The position numbers and the translations under genes are program-made. Source: Thermoanaerobaculia bacterium (GTDB lineage Bacteria > Acidobacteriota > Thermoanaerobaculia > UBA5066). Taken from it: a stretch of 64,000 bases of DNA. Below are positions 46,082 through 55,241 of the stretch, piece after piece. Location of the stretch: assembly GCA_038319835.1 (NCBI GenBank), contig JBBQDQ010000003.1:5279-69278 (forward strand). Direction: 5' to 3'. Under the pieces are notes generated by a model that was not told the DNA's origin, ran no database searches, and was given only the letters and a program-made list of their open reading frames with translations. Positions within the stretch are counted from its first letter, which is position 1; each line of letters starts with the position of its first letter.

Positions 46082-46920
46082 CGACCTTCGGGTTCCGCCT
46101 GCGCCGCGCGGCCGCCTTCCTGGCGGCCGTCGCGTTTCTCACGGCCCCTCCAGCCTCCGCCGCGAAGAAGAAGAAGAAGCGGAAGGAGCCGGAGCCGACG
46201 GCGGTGCCGCGCCCGGCCGACCCGTACCGCGTCACGATCACGACGGCCGACGGCGTCGCCCTCGCAGCCTCGTGGCGCGCGGCGTCGGGCGACGAGAAGG
46301 CGCCGGCCGTCCTCCTCATCCACGACTTCTCGCGCGAGCGCCGCGAGCTCGAGGCGCTCGCCGGCCGGCTCGGCGCGGCGGGATACGCGACGCTCTCGAT
46401 CGATTTGCGCGCCCACGGCGAATCGACGAAGAAGAACGGCCAGGCGATCCCGATCTCTCCGCGGCTCCTCAAGGATCCGAACGGCTTCCCGCGCGACGTC
46501 GAGGCGGCCGCGGCGTGGATGAAGGCGCGCGCGCCGAAGACGGCCGCGCTCGGCTTCTCGGTGGGCGGGTACCTCGCGCTCCTCGCGGCCGCGCGCGGGC
46601 AGGTGGACGCCGCGATCGTGATCTCCGTGAACGAGCCGCGCGTCGCGGGCCTCGCGGGGCAGAGTCCGCCCGTCGCGCGTTCGCTCCTGCTCCTCGCGTG
46701 CGAGGCCGACCCCGGCCGCGCCGACTCGGCGAAGAAGCTCGAGGCGGCCGCACAGGCCCCGAAGCGCCTGCTGCTCTTCCCGGGCGCCGCGCACAACCTC
46801 GCGGTCCTGCGCGAGCACCCCGAGGCCGAGAAGGCCGTCTTCACCTGGCTCGGCGAGCGCCTCGGGGCGCCCGCCCCGCAGCACATGTCGGCCCCTGCGC
46901 CCTCCCCCGCTCCGAAGTAA
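46078..46920 (+). CDS. Secreted alpha/beta hydrolase (dienelactone-hydrolase-like)
   Basis: GTG 46078 (GTGA overlap). Signal peptide, a poly-Lys stretch, a GFSVGG nucleophile elbow and a late GAAHN. Confidence 0.7.
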   Translation: MTTFGFRLRRAAAFLAAVAFLTAPPASAAKKKKKRKEPEPTAVPRPADPYRVTITTADGVALAASWRAASGDEKAPAVLLIHDFSRERRELEALAGRLGAAGYATLSIDLRAHGESTKKNGQAIPISPRLLKDPNGFPRDVEAAAAWMKARAPKTAALGFSVGGYLALLAAARGQVDAAIVISVNEPRVAGLAGQSPPVARSLLLLACEADPGRADSAKKLEAAAQAPKRLLLFPGAAHNLAVLREHPEAEKAVFTWLGERLGAPAPQHMSAPAPSPAPK

Positions 46921-46931
46921 GCTCCGTCCCC

Positions 46932-47624
46932 GTGAAGACGGTCGTCTTCGACATCGAGACGGTGTCCCGCCCCTGGCTGGAGCTGGATCCACTCCAGCGG
47001 GAGAGGCTCACCCGGTGGTCCGAAGACCACGAGGATTTTCTTAGAAGGAAAGAGGGCGGGGCGCTCTCTCCCTATGCGGGAAAGGTCGTCGTGATCGCGA
47101 TGCTGAATCCCGAGACGGGGCGCGGCATCGTCTGGCACGAGGCGGACGGCGAGCGCACGTCGCGCACCGCGGAGGATGGCCTCTTCGAGTACGTCGGGTG
47201 CGACGAGACGACCATGCTCCGCGAGTTCTGGGAAAAGATCGAGAAGTTCGAGCGATTCGTCTCCTTCAACGGCCGTTCCTTCGACGGACCGTTCCTCTCC
47301 GTGCGCAGCGCGGTTCACGCTCTTTCACCTTCGAAGAATCTCTCCGGCTATCGGTATTCCGTGGAATCGCACGTCGACCTCCTCGAGGTCCTGACCTTTT
47401 TCGGCGCTTCGTCCCGGGACCAGAACCCTTCCCTCCACTCCGCCTGCGTCGCCTTCGGCATTCCATCCCCGAAGAGCGAGGAGATGCACGGTTACGCCGT
47501 GGGAGACGCCTACCGCGAGGGGCGGCTCGCCGAGGTGGCGGACTACTGCCGCCGCGACGTGGAAGCCACGGCCGCCCTGTTCAAGCGCCTCGAGACGACG
47601 CTCCTGCCGCTTTTCAGGAAGTAG
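46932..47624 (+). CDS. DEDDy 3'-5' exonuclease (PolB-exonuclease-like, RNase H fold)
   Basis: GTG 46932. Exo I VFDIET, Exo II SFNGRSFDGPFL, Exo III YCRRDVEAT. Confidence 0.7.
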   Translation: MKTVVFDIETVSRPWLELDPLQRERLTRWSEDHEDFLRRKEGGALSPYAGKVVVIAMLNPETGRGIVWHEADGERTSRTAEDGLFEYVGCDETTMLREFWEKIEKFERFVSFNGRSFDGPFLSVRSAVHALSPSKNLSGYRYSVESHVDLLEVLTFFGASSRDQNPSLHSACVAFGIPSPKSEEMHGYAVGDAYREGRLAEVADYCRRDVEATAALFKRLETTLLPLFRK

Positions 47625-49104
47625 CCCGGACGGCCCACGGATAGAAGACGTCGCCGCGCGGAGGCAGCTCGGACACGAGGGCGATCGACGACGGCCGCTT
47701 GTGGCGTGCGAGACGCGCCGCAAGAAAGGCCGCGAGGCCGGAGGGTGACGCCCCGCTCGAAGCGACGACGCGTGCGACTGCCGACTCCTCGCCGGTTTCC
47801 GCATCCCATTCCGGACCGACCGCCGCCTCGTGCACGTCCGGGTGCGTGCAGAGTGCAGCCTCGACCTCGGCCGGTGAGACCTGGAAGCCCTTCACCTTCA
47901 CGACGGGCTTCCGTCGTCCGACGGCCGTGAAGCGTCCCGAGGCATCCTCGAACCCGACGTCTCCGGTGCGCAGCCAGCGTTCCTTCGTGAGCGCGGCGGC
48001 GGTCTTCTCCGCTTCTCCGCGGTACCCGCGAAAGACCTGGTCTCCGCACAGCCAGAGCTCGCCGACTCCCCCCGGAGAGACGGAGCCGCCGTCCGGTCCC
48101 GCAATCCGCGATGCGATTCCCGCCACCGGGCGGCCGCACGATTCGACGCGCGCTTCCCCGACCGGCGCGTCCACGTGCGTGGCGCCCGCGCCCTCGGCGA
48201 GGCCATACCCCTGAATGATCCCCACCTCGAGGCGCGCTGCGCAAGCACGCGCGACGTGCGGCGCGAGCGGCGCACCGCCCGAGATGAGCAGGCGCAGCGG
48301 CGCGAGGCCGCCCGGAGGCGACCCGGCGAGCGCCCGCACGATCGTCGGGACGACGTTCGAGACCGTGACGCCCCACCGCCGCACGGCCTCCGCGAAAGAC
48401 GGCACGTCGAACCGCGCGGCGGTGACGGCCGTCATCCCCTTGCGCAGCGAGAGCGCGAGCGTCGCGACGAGGCCGTAGAGGTCGTACGGCGAGATCGCCG
48501 AGAAGACGACGTCGTCCTCGGCCCACGGCGCGACCGCCGCGAGGCCGAGAAGGGCGGCCGAGAGGCTCTCGTGGGAATGTCGCGCCGGCGCCGGAAATCC
48601 TCCCGGCCCCACGGACCACGCGAGGAGCGCATCGCCGGACGCGCCGCCCCCGTCGCTCCGCGCCGCAGCGGTCGGCGCGCACGGGATCTCCCTCAGCGCC
48701 AAGGATTCGTCCGCGGCAACGAAGCGGCTCAGGCCCGCGGCCGCAGCGCCCGCCCTTGCGGCCTCCGCGAGCTCCTCGTCGGCGACGAGGAGCGACGCGC
48801 CGCTCGCGCCGAGCTGTGCGGCCGCTTCGTGAGGATGGAAGAACGGGTTCACCGGCGCCACGGCGCCGCCCGCCGCGAGGATTCCGCAGACGAGGACCGG
48901 GTACTCAGGCGAGTTCCGGCCGAGGAGCCCGACGACCGTCCCGGGCTTCACCCCGAAGCGAGCGAGCCGGCGTGCGAGCGTCTCGACGAGAGGTGGGAGT
49001 TCCTCGAACAAGATCGTCCGGCCGGTCGCCGCCTCGACGAGGGCCGGCTTCCGGCCCCGGCGTGCCGCATCCTCGAGGATCAGCTCCTGGAAGGGGACCG
49101 TCAG
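47614..49104 (-). CDS. AMP-dependent acyl-CoA synthetase/ligase
   Basis: ANL-family motifs QGYGLAEG, RTGDVG and KVKGFQVSPAEVE. The start is uncertain: CTG 49104 (after GGAAG, CTGA overlap) or GTG 49152. Confidence 0.8.
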   Translation of the reverse strand: MTVPFQELILEDAARRGRKPALVEAATGRTILFEELPPLVETLARRLARFGVKPGTVVGLLGRNSPEYPVLVCGILAAGGAVAPVNPFFHPHEAAAQLGASGASLLVADEELAEAARAGAAAAGLSRFVAADESLALREIPCAPTAAARSDGGGASGDALLAWSVGPGGFPAPARHSHESLSAALLGLAAVAPWAEDDVVFSAISPYDLYGLVATLALSLRKGMTAVTAARFDVPSFAEAVRRWGVTVSNVVPTIVRALAGSPPGGLAPLRLLISGGAPLAPHVARACAARLEVGIIQGYGLAEGAGATHVDAPVGEARVESCGRPVAGIASRIAGPDGGSVSPGGVGELWLCGDQVFRGYRGEAEKTAAALTKERWLRTGDVGFEDASGRFTAVGRRKPVVKVKGFQVSPAEVEAALCTHPDVHEAAVGPEWDAETGEESAVARVVASSGASPSGLAAFLAARLARHKRPSSIALVSELPPRGDVFYPWAVRATS

Positions 49105-49604
49105 CCCAGCTTCCGGGGCGCGAGCTGCGCCTTCAACGCGCCCTCGTCCCACTCGGCGACCGTGGAAACGATCTTCCCGCCCACGATCTTCATCTTCGTC
49201 AAGCCGGTTGCTTGCGCCCGGCGTCCGGTCGGAGCGTGGCCGTCGAGCGAGCCACGATGCGTGCCCTGCGCCGACCAACGGACGAGAATCTCCTCCCCGC
49301 TCTTCTGGATCGACTGGACGTCGACACGGAGGTCCGGAAACGCCGCACGGTAGCGGTCGAAGAGCCGCGCGCACGCGGCAGCCGTGGCCGTGTGGAAGGT
49401 GAGGACTTGTCGCGAGCCTCTGCTCCAGCCCTCGCCGTAGAAGGCCCGAACGACGGCCTCGTCCGAGGCGGCGAGCGCACTGGCAGCGCCCGGTCGCGTC
49501 AGCACAGCGCTCTTTTCGGCGCCCAGCAGCACCCGGAACGGCGCGAGGACGGCGCCGGCAAGAGAGGTAAGTACGAGCTTCAGAAAGCCGCGTCGCTGCT
49601 GCAT
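49101..49604 (-). CDS. SnoaL-like (ester-cyclase fold) protein with twin-arginine signal
   Basis: ATG 49604. Tat motif QQRRGFLKL. SnoaL-type core (VVRAFYGEGWS...RWSAQGTHRG). Confidence 0.65.
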   Translation of the reverse strand: MQQRRGFLKLVLTSLAGAVLAPFRVLLGAEKSAVLTRPGAASALAASDEAVVRAFYGEGWSRGSRQVLTFHTATAAACARLFDRYRAAFPDLRVDVQSIQKSGEEILVRWSAQGTHRGSLDGHAPTGRRAQATGLTKMKIVGGKIVSTVAEWDEGALKAQLAPRKLG

Positions 49605-49722
49605 GTCGCCCCTCCTGCTGCTTACAGGCGTCCACGTTAGGCCCGCCCTGGGCACGGTGTCAAAGGAGTTCGGCCGCAAGATGCGGGGAGAGGGAAGGAC
49701 CTTTCCACCCCACATTGGCGGC

Positions 49723-50799
49723 ATGATCATCACCGCAATGCCCGCGCCGTCCTCCCCCGACTCCCGCGCCGCCTGGAACGCCGTCGTCGCGCGAGACGCC
49801 TCGCAGGACGGTCGTTTCGTGTTCGCCGTCGCGACGACGGGCGTCTACTGTCGCCCGTCGTGCTCCGCCCGCCGCCCGAATCGCGAGAACGTGACGTTCT
49901 TCGCGGGGCCGGCCCAGGCGGAGGCCGCCGGCTTCCGCGCATGCCTGCGCTGCCGGCCGGCCACGACGGAGCCGCCCTCGGCCGTGCGCGCGATCCGGCG
50001 GGCCGTCGCGTTCCTCGAGGCGCACGCCGACGAGAGCGTCCCCCTCGCGACGCTCGCGCGCGTGGCGGGCCTCTCGCCCTTCCACTTCCAGAGGACGTTC
50101 AAGAAGCTGGTCGGCGTCACGCCGAAAAGGTATTCCGACGCACAGCGCGCCGACCGGCTCAAGGCGCTGCTCAAGGACGGCGCCCCGGTCGCGGCCGCGA
50201 GCTTCGAGGCCGGATACGGCTCCTCCAGCCGCGCTTACGCGAACGCCCCGCGGCACCTCGGGACGACCCCCGCCCGTTACGCGCGCGGGGGAAAGGGACT
50301 GCACGTGAGGTACGCGACCGTTGCGACGCCTCTCGGCCGCCTCCTCGTCGGCGCGACGGACCGCGGCGTCTGCTTCGTGACGCTCGGCGACTCCGAGCGC
50401 GCGCTCGAGGCGACCCTCCGGCGCGAGTACCCGGAGGCGCTCCTGGAGAAGGCGCCCGCGGCGCTCGCCGGGTGGACGGAGCGGATCGCGCGCTCGCTCG
50501 CGGAGTCCGTCGACCTCGCGTCGATCCCGCTCGACCTCCGCGCCACGACGTTTCAGCGCCGCGTGTGGGAGGCGCTCCGCGCCGTGCCGCGAGGCGAGAC
50601 GCGTTCCTACGGCGAGCTCGCCGTGGCGATCGGGCAGCCGACGGCCGTGCGCGCGGTCGCCTCGGCGTGCGCTCACAACCCGGTCGCCCTCGTCGTCCCC
50701 TGCCACCGCATCGTGCGGAGCGACGGCTCCCTCGGCGGCTACCGCTGGGGCGCCTCGCGCAAGCGCGAGATCCTGAAACGCGAAAGCGGGCGGCCCTGA
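49723..50799 (+). CDS. ada: Bifunctional Ada regulator / methylated-DNA-protein-cysteine methyltransferase
   Basis: N-terminal Cys4 (CRPSCSARRP...CLRC), an AraC HTH (LSPFHFQRTFKK) and a C-terminal PCHRIV active site. Confidence 0.9.
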   Translation: MIITAMPAPSSPDSRAAWNAVVARDASQDGRFVFAVATTGVYCRPSCSARRPNRENVTFFAGPAQAEAAGFRACLRCRPATTEPPSAVRAIRRAVAFLEAHADESVPLATLARVAGLSPFHFQRTFKKLVGVTPKRYSDAQRADRLKALLKDGAPVAAASFEAGYGSSSRAYANAPRHLGTTPARYARGGKGLHVRYATVATPLGRLLVGATDRGVCFVTLGDSERALEATLRREYPEALLEKAPAALAGWTERIARSLAESVDLASIPLDLRATTFQRRVWEALRAVPRGETRSYGELAVAIGQPTAVRAVASACAHNPVALVVPCHRIVRSDGSLGGYRWGASRKREILKRESGRP

Positions 50800-50830
50800 G
50801 ACCGCCCGCCGTCCGCGTCGGGCCAGAGGC

Positions 50831-51376
50831 TCAGCGCCAGTAACCCTCGACCCAGAAACCCTCTTCGTCGTAGAAGCCGGGAATCCAGGCGGCGCTGGCG
50901 TAGGGCGGCAGAGCCCACCCGAGATCGGCGATGTAGACGTAGCCGGGCCCGGGGCAGGCGTTGTAGAAGCGGAACCCCGAGAAGACCCGGAACGGGGACG
51001 CGTACCCGCGAACGTAGGGACGAACGGGCCCGACGAACGCGCGGCCCCCGTAGTTACGGTAGCCACGGTCGGCGCCGTAGCCGCGGTAACCGTAGCCGCC
51101 GTAATTGCCGTAGCCGCGGTTGCCGTAGTTGCCGTAACCGCGGTTTCCGTCGTTCCCGTGGTTCTCGTAGCCGCCACGGTTTCCCCATGCGCCGTTGCCG
51201 CGATCGCGCCTGTCGTCTCCGCGCCCCCCGTGGCGCTCCTGGAACATCTCCCGCACCTGGTGGGGCGAGGGCGGAAGAGGGAACCCCTTCCACTGGGCTG
51301 CCGCCTTCGGAGCTGTGAGCGTCAGGGCCGCGAGGGCCGCGGCGGTGAGCGTCATGTTGCGCAGGTTGTTGTTCAT
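50831..51376 (-). CDS. Secreted Gly/Tyr/Arg/Asn-rich low-complexity protein with YXWGXW-like C-terminus
   Basis: ATG 51376, with a signal peptide. Repeats read GNRGYGNYGNRGYGNYGGYGYRGYG. The C-terminus is WIPGFYDEEGFWVEGYWR. Confidence 0.6.
   Translation of the reverse strand: MNNNLRNMTLTAAALAALTLTAPKAAAQWKGFPLPPSPHQVREMFQERHGGRGDDRRDRGNGAWGNRGGYENHGNDGNRGYGNYGNRGYGNYGGYGYRGYGADRGYRNYGGRAFVGPVRPYVRGYASPFRVFSGFRFYNACPGPGYVYIADLGWALPPYASAAWIPGFYDEEGFWVEGYWR
51045..51205. repeat. Degenerate tandem repeats (ccgtagccgcggt-type) encoding the G-Y-N-R repeats
   Basis: Visible reiteration of gccgtagccgcggtaaccgtagccgccgtaattgccgtagccgcggttgccgtagttgccgtaaccgcgg. Confidence 0.8.
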
Positions 51377-51429
51377 GACCGGCCTCTCTTTCTGCCCCGG
51401 GCTTCGTTCGCCCCGGACGCTCCGGGAGT

Positions 51430-51444
51430 TGCAAGGCCGTGCCA
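51430..51444 (-). promoter_or_regulatory. Sigma54-like -24/-12 element with non-canonical spacing
   Basis: Minus strand reads TGGCACGGCCTTGCA. Both half-sites are perfect, but GG and GC are separated by 9 nt rather than the canonical 10. Confidence 0.25.
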
Positions 51445-51526
51445 GCCGTAACCCCGTGATCTTCCTCACCCGCCGCACGCTTTCGTGCAGCCGGGAGGGG
51501 ACGGTGCACCTTTCTGTGACGCCGGA

Positions 51527-51814
51527 TCAGGTCGATCGGGGAGGAGAGGAAGACTTTCTTAGAAGGGTGAAGAGGGCTGCGGCCGCGGCGAGCGGCAGCG
51601 CGATCAGGAAAGGCTTGTTGAGGGACCAGGCTTCCTGCAGATTTCCGTGCAGGAGCTGATGCACGGCGCGGAGGGATCCGCAACCGGGGCACTGGACGCC
51701 GAAGACGGTCTTGAAAAGGCAGGGAGGGTAGAAGCCCGCGGTGGCGGGGTCGAAAAAGAAAAGGGCCGCCGCGGCAAGCGCGACGGCCCCCAGTGTCAGA
51801 TTCTTGCGGCTCAC
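51527..51814 (-). CDS. DUF2752-like small membrane protein
   Basis: 95 aa from GTG 51814 (GTGA overlap with the OPT stop). Has a CPGCG motif and two hydrophobic helices. Confidence 0.55.
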   Translation of the reverse strand: MSRKNLTLGAVALAAAALFFFDPATAGFYPPCLFKTVFGVQCPGCGSLRAVHQLLHGNLQEAWSLNKPFLIALPLAAAAALFTLLRKSSSPPRST

Positions 51815-53859
51815 ATCACCGCGGTCGGAGGAGCCGGCTCGTCGGCCGCGCCGGCCTTCGTGAGCGGCACGTACACGAGGTACGCCGCGAGGACCAGCAT
51901 GACCGGGATCGCGAGCCATCCGCCCACCGCGTCGAACATCCCGCCGATCTGCGGGAACCTGTTGTCCGACCGGAACGCAACGACGCCCGCCACGAGGAGG
52001 CCGACGAGCGCCTCGCCCGCGATGAGGCCCGACGCCGCGAGGACGCCCGCGTTCTCGACGCGCGCCTTCTGTGCTTCGTTGTATCCGCGCTTCTCGCCCG
52101 AGCGGTTCACGAGGCCCTTGATCAGGCCGCCGATGAAGATCGCGAACGTCGTCTCGAGCGGGAGGTACATCCCGACCGAGAAGAGCATCGGGCTCTTCAC
52201 GCGGATGAGGATGAGCGAGAGGCCCATCGCGATCCCGACGAGGACGAGCGGCCAGGCCATCTCGCCCCCCACGATGCCCTGCGAGAGCGCCGCCATGAGG
52301 CCCGCCTGCGGGGCCGGAAGGTTCTTGCCGCCGAAGCCGCCGACGCCCGGGTTCGAGGCGAGGTCGGACGTGTGGAGGAGGTAGAGCGGGAAGAACATGA
52401 CGAGGCCCGCGACGAGGACGCCGAGGATGTCGCCGAGCTGCATCTTCCATGGCGTGCCGCCGAGGATGTGCCCGACCTTGAGGTCCTGCAGCATCTCGCC
52501 CGCGACCGCCGACGACACGCAGACGACCGCCGCGACGCCGAGCACGGCCGCGACGCCCTGCGCGCCCTTGACGCCGATGATGACCATCGTGAGCGCCGCG
52601 ACGATCGTCGTCGCGAGCGTGAGGCCCGAGATCGGGTTATTCGACGAGCCGATCATCCCGACGAGGTTTCCGGAGACGGCCGCGAAGAAGAAGCCCGTCA
52701 CGAGCATGACGAGCGCGGCGAGGAACGCGCCGCCCATGACGCCCGTGAAGTAGTAGTAGAGGCCGGTCATGAGGATGAAGACGGCGACGATGCCGAGGCC
52801 AACGACCTTGAAGTCGAGGTCCTTGTCCGTGCGCGACGTGGCCGCGGAGGCCGCCGCCGACTTCTTGACGTCCTGGACGCCGCGCTTGATGCCGGCGATC
52901 AGGTTCTTCCGCATCCGGAAGAGCGTGAAGCACGCGCCGACGAGCATGCCGCCGACCGCGATCGGCCGGACGATGTAGCGATAGAGGTGGCCCGCGAGGG
53001 CCGCCCAGTTCTGCGTGCCGTCGGCGGCCGTGTAGGCGCCGATGTGCTGCGGCCCGAGGAAGAAGACGAGGAGCGGCACGAAGAGGCCCCACGCGAGGAG
53101 GCCGCCCGCGAAGTTCAGGGCGCCCAGCTCGGGCCCGATGATGTAGCCGACGCCGAGGTACGCGGGCGTGGCGGCAGGCGCGGACATCGTCGTGACGCCG
53201 CCGGCCTCGATCTTGTGCGCGTCGCCCTTGAGGCCGAGGCGCACGAAGCTTTCCTTGAACGTGCCGACCGCGACCTGGAAGTCGTTCGAGGCCTTGAAGA
53301 GCCCCCAGTCGCCGAGGAACTTGATGACCGCGCCGACGCCCATCGCCTTGAAGAGCTGCTTCGCCGCCTCGGCGCCGCGCTGTCCGGCCTTGTGGATCTC
53401 GGACGCGGCGACGGATTCCGGGAACGGCAGCGAGGAATCCTCCACCATCACGCGCCGGAGCACCGTCACGAAGAGGATGCCGAGGAAACCGCCGAGGATC
53501 ATGAGGGCCGTGGCCGTGAGGTACTCGGCTGCGTTCCAGCCCTGAAACTTCCACATCCCGAGGATCACGAACGCCGGGATCGTGAAGATCGCGCCGGCCG
53601 CGACCGACTCACCGATCGACCCGACGGTACGGGCGAAGTTCTCCTCGAGGAGGGTGCCCTTGAAGATCCTCAGGACTGCCATCCCGATGACGGCCGCGGG
53701 ATACGTCGCGGCGATCGTCATGCCGGCCTTCAGCCCGAGGTAGGCGTTGGCGGCGCCGAGGATGACGCTCATGAGGAGGCCCAGGACGAGGGCCCGCCCC
53801 GTGAACTCGCGCATCTGCGAGTCGGCGGGGACGAACGGCTTGAATTCCTTGTCACTCAT
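51811..53859 (-). CDS. OPT-family oligopeptide transporter
   Basis: 682 aa, polytopic. N-terminus REFTGRALVLGLLMSVILGAANAYLGLKAGMTIAATYPAAV is typical of the OPT superfamily. RBS AAGGAGGG. Confidence 0.9.
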   Translation of the reverse strand: MSDKEFKPFVPADSQMREFTGRALVLGLLMSVILGAANAYLGLKAGMTIAATYPAAVIGMAVLRIFKGTLLEENFARTVGSIGESVAAGAIFTIPAFVILGMWKFQGWNAAEYLTATALMILGGFLGILFVTVLRRVMVEDSSLPFPESVAASEIHKAGQRGAEAAKQLFKAMGVGAVIKFLGDWGLFKASNDFQVAVGTFKESFVRLGLKGDAHKIEAGGVTTMSAPAATPAYLGVGYIIGPELGALNFAGGLLAWGLFVPLLVFFLGPQHIGAYTAADGTQNWAALAGHLYRYIVRPIAVGGMLVGACFTLFRMRKNLIAGIKRGVQDVKKSAAASAATSRTDKDLDFKVVGLGIVAVFILMTGLYYYFTGVMGGAFLAALVMLVTGFFFAAVSGNLVGMIGSSNNPISGLTLATTIVAALTMVIIGVKGAQGVAAVLGVAAVVCVSSAVAGEMLQDLKVGHILGGTPWKMQLGDILGVLVAGLVMFFPLYLLHTSDLASNPGVGGFGGKNLPAPQAGLMAALSQGIVGGEMAWPLVLVGIAMGLSLILIRVKSPMLFSVGMYLPLETTFAIFIGGLIKGLVNRSGEKRGYNEAQKARVENAGVLAASGLIAGEALVGLLVAGVVAFRSDNRFPQIGGMFDAVGGWLAIPVMLVLAAYLVYVPLTKAGAADEPAPPTAVM

Positions 53860-54071
53860 GCGGAAAAAACCCTCCTTGCACCGCGGTTTGCGGGTGCGGC
53901 CAGCCGGTGCATTCGGCGAGATTCAGTCATGGAAACCCGCGGAGTCTGACACTCCCGCGCCCGGGTTGTCGAACGGGAAACGTCTCCCACGGCTATACTT
54001 CAAGGTGACGCAGTCCCATCAGACGGTCCGGATCGCCGGGTCCGGGGTCTGTCTCCCCCCGAGGAGGTCCC

Positions 54072-54482
54072 ATGAATCGCACGGTGCTCGTCCTGACCGA
54101 CGACCTCTTCTGGCGAACGAAGATCGATCACGCGTTGAAATCCAGCCAGACGCCCGGCGTTTTCCTCGATTCCCCCAAAGAGATCGAGAAGAAGGCCGAT
54201 CCGGCCCGGGTCGGCCTCATCCTGATCGACCTCGCCCTCAAGGAAGACCCCATCGCCGCGATCACGGCCATCAAGAAGGCCCCGAAGACGAAGAACATCA
54301 TGGTCGTCGGGTACTGCGAGCACCGGCAGCTCGAGCTCATCGAGCGGGCGAAGAAGTCGGGCTGCGACCAGGTGCTGATGCGCTCGACCTTCTCCCAGAA
54401 CCTCGGCGACATCATCCTCAAGTACGCGCTGCCCGGCAGCGTCCGGCAGGAATCCGAAGAAGTCGAGCTGCCCGAGGAGTAA
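54072..54482 (+). CDS. Stand-alone CheY-like receiver-domain protein
   Basis: 136 aa with RBS GAGGAGG. (beta-alpha)5-like pattern with VLVLTDD and LILIDL acidic positions. Divergent, so confidence is moderate. Confidence 0.55.
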   Translation: MNRTVLVLTDDLFWRTKIDHALKSSQTPGVFLDSPKEIEKKADPARVGLILIDLALKEDPIAAITAIKKAPKTKNIMVVGYCEHRQLELIERAKKSGCDQVLMRSTFSQNLGDIILKYALPGSVRQESEEVELPEE

Positions 54483-54489
54483 GACCGGT

Positions 54490-54939
54490 TCAGAGCGAGG
54501 GCGTCACGATCTCGACACCCTCCACGAGCCCTCGGAAGTGGCGCTCGTTGAACGTGAGGATAGCCTTGGCCCCGGATCGAACGGCGCAACGCGCGATGAC
54601 GGCGTCGTAGGTCCGTCCACCGGCGATGGAACGCGCTGGAGCCGTCGCGAGAAGCGACTTGTACGAGGCACCGTCGAGCGTGACGAGCGGGTGGGCGAAG
54701 AAGTTCGCTTCCAGTAGGGCGAGCGCATCCGACGGCGCGAGGCGGTTTGGCGCAGGAAGGCGAGTGAGCACCGAGTAGGCTTCCACGAGGGCTGGCGCCG
54801 CGGCAACCAGTTTCTGGCCGGATTCCAGACGAGACGAAACCGCGCGAACTGCCGCCTCGTGGTGTTCGTGCCAGTCCACGAGCGCGGCAATCATGCAACT
54901 CGTGTCCGGCAGGAAGCCGCCTCGCGCAGACCGCGCCAC
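54490..54939 (-). CDS. vapC: PIN-domain toxin
   Basis: GTG 54939, 1 nt after the antitoxin stop. Acidic PIN positions at FLPDTS..., ...AYSVLTR... and ...TFNERHF. Confidence 0.7.
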   Translation of the reverse strand: MARSARGGFLPDTSCMIAALVDWHEHHEAAVRAVSSRLESGQKLVAAAPALVEAYSVLTRLPAPNRLAPSDALALLEANFFAHPLVTLDGASYKSLLATAPARSIAGGRTYDAVIARCAVRSGAKAILTFNERHFRGLVEGVEIVTPSL

Positions 54940-54940
54940 G

Positions 54941-55195
54941 TCAGGTCCGGCGCCTCAGGCTGGCTCGGGTCCGCTCGACACTCTCTGCGGTCAACTTCGG
55001 GCCCTTTCCGTCCGCGGCACGCGCCACCGTGAGCCGACCCTCTCGCACGAGGCGCACCGGTCGCGCCGAAGGCTCGAGGATGACCTGGCCTTCCGTCACG
55101 CGGACCTCCACCGTCACGCCGGCAACGAGCCCCGCCTCGCGGCGGGCTTCACGGGGGATGACGAGCCGTCCGGCGGCGTCTATGGTTGCTTTCAT
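54941..55195 (-). CDS. vapB: AbrB/MazE/SpoVT-type antitoxin
   Basis: 84 aa from ATG 55195. MKATIDAAGRLVIPREARREAGL is the swapped-hairpin AbrB motif. Confidence 0.7.
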   Translation of the reverse strand: MKATIDAAGRLVIPREARREAGLVAGVTVEVRVTEGQVILEPSARPVRLVREGRLTVARAADGKGPKLTAESVERTRASLRRRT

Positions 55196-55241
55196 GGCAT
55201 GAAATCTACCATGAGATACCGGTCGTCGTATCCTGCGCCGC

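Noticed and set aside
50786-50809. 8-bp GC hairpin GCGGGCGG/CCGCCCGC around the ada stop codon, considered as a terminator.
   Set aside because: No U-tract follows on either strand. It could be a weak bidirectional stabiliser, but a terminator call is not supportable.
53860-54071. Searched the 212-nt divergent intergenic region for sigma54 or sigma70 promoters. Candidates were TGGCCGCACCCGCAA on the minus strand and TATACT on the plus strand.
   Set aside because: The sigma54-like string has the wrong spacing and lacks TTGC. The TATACT -10 has no acceptable -35 at 16-19 nt. Only the RBSs (GAGGAGG, AAGGAGGG) are convincing.
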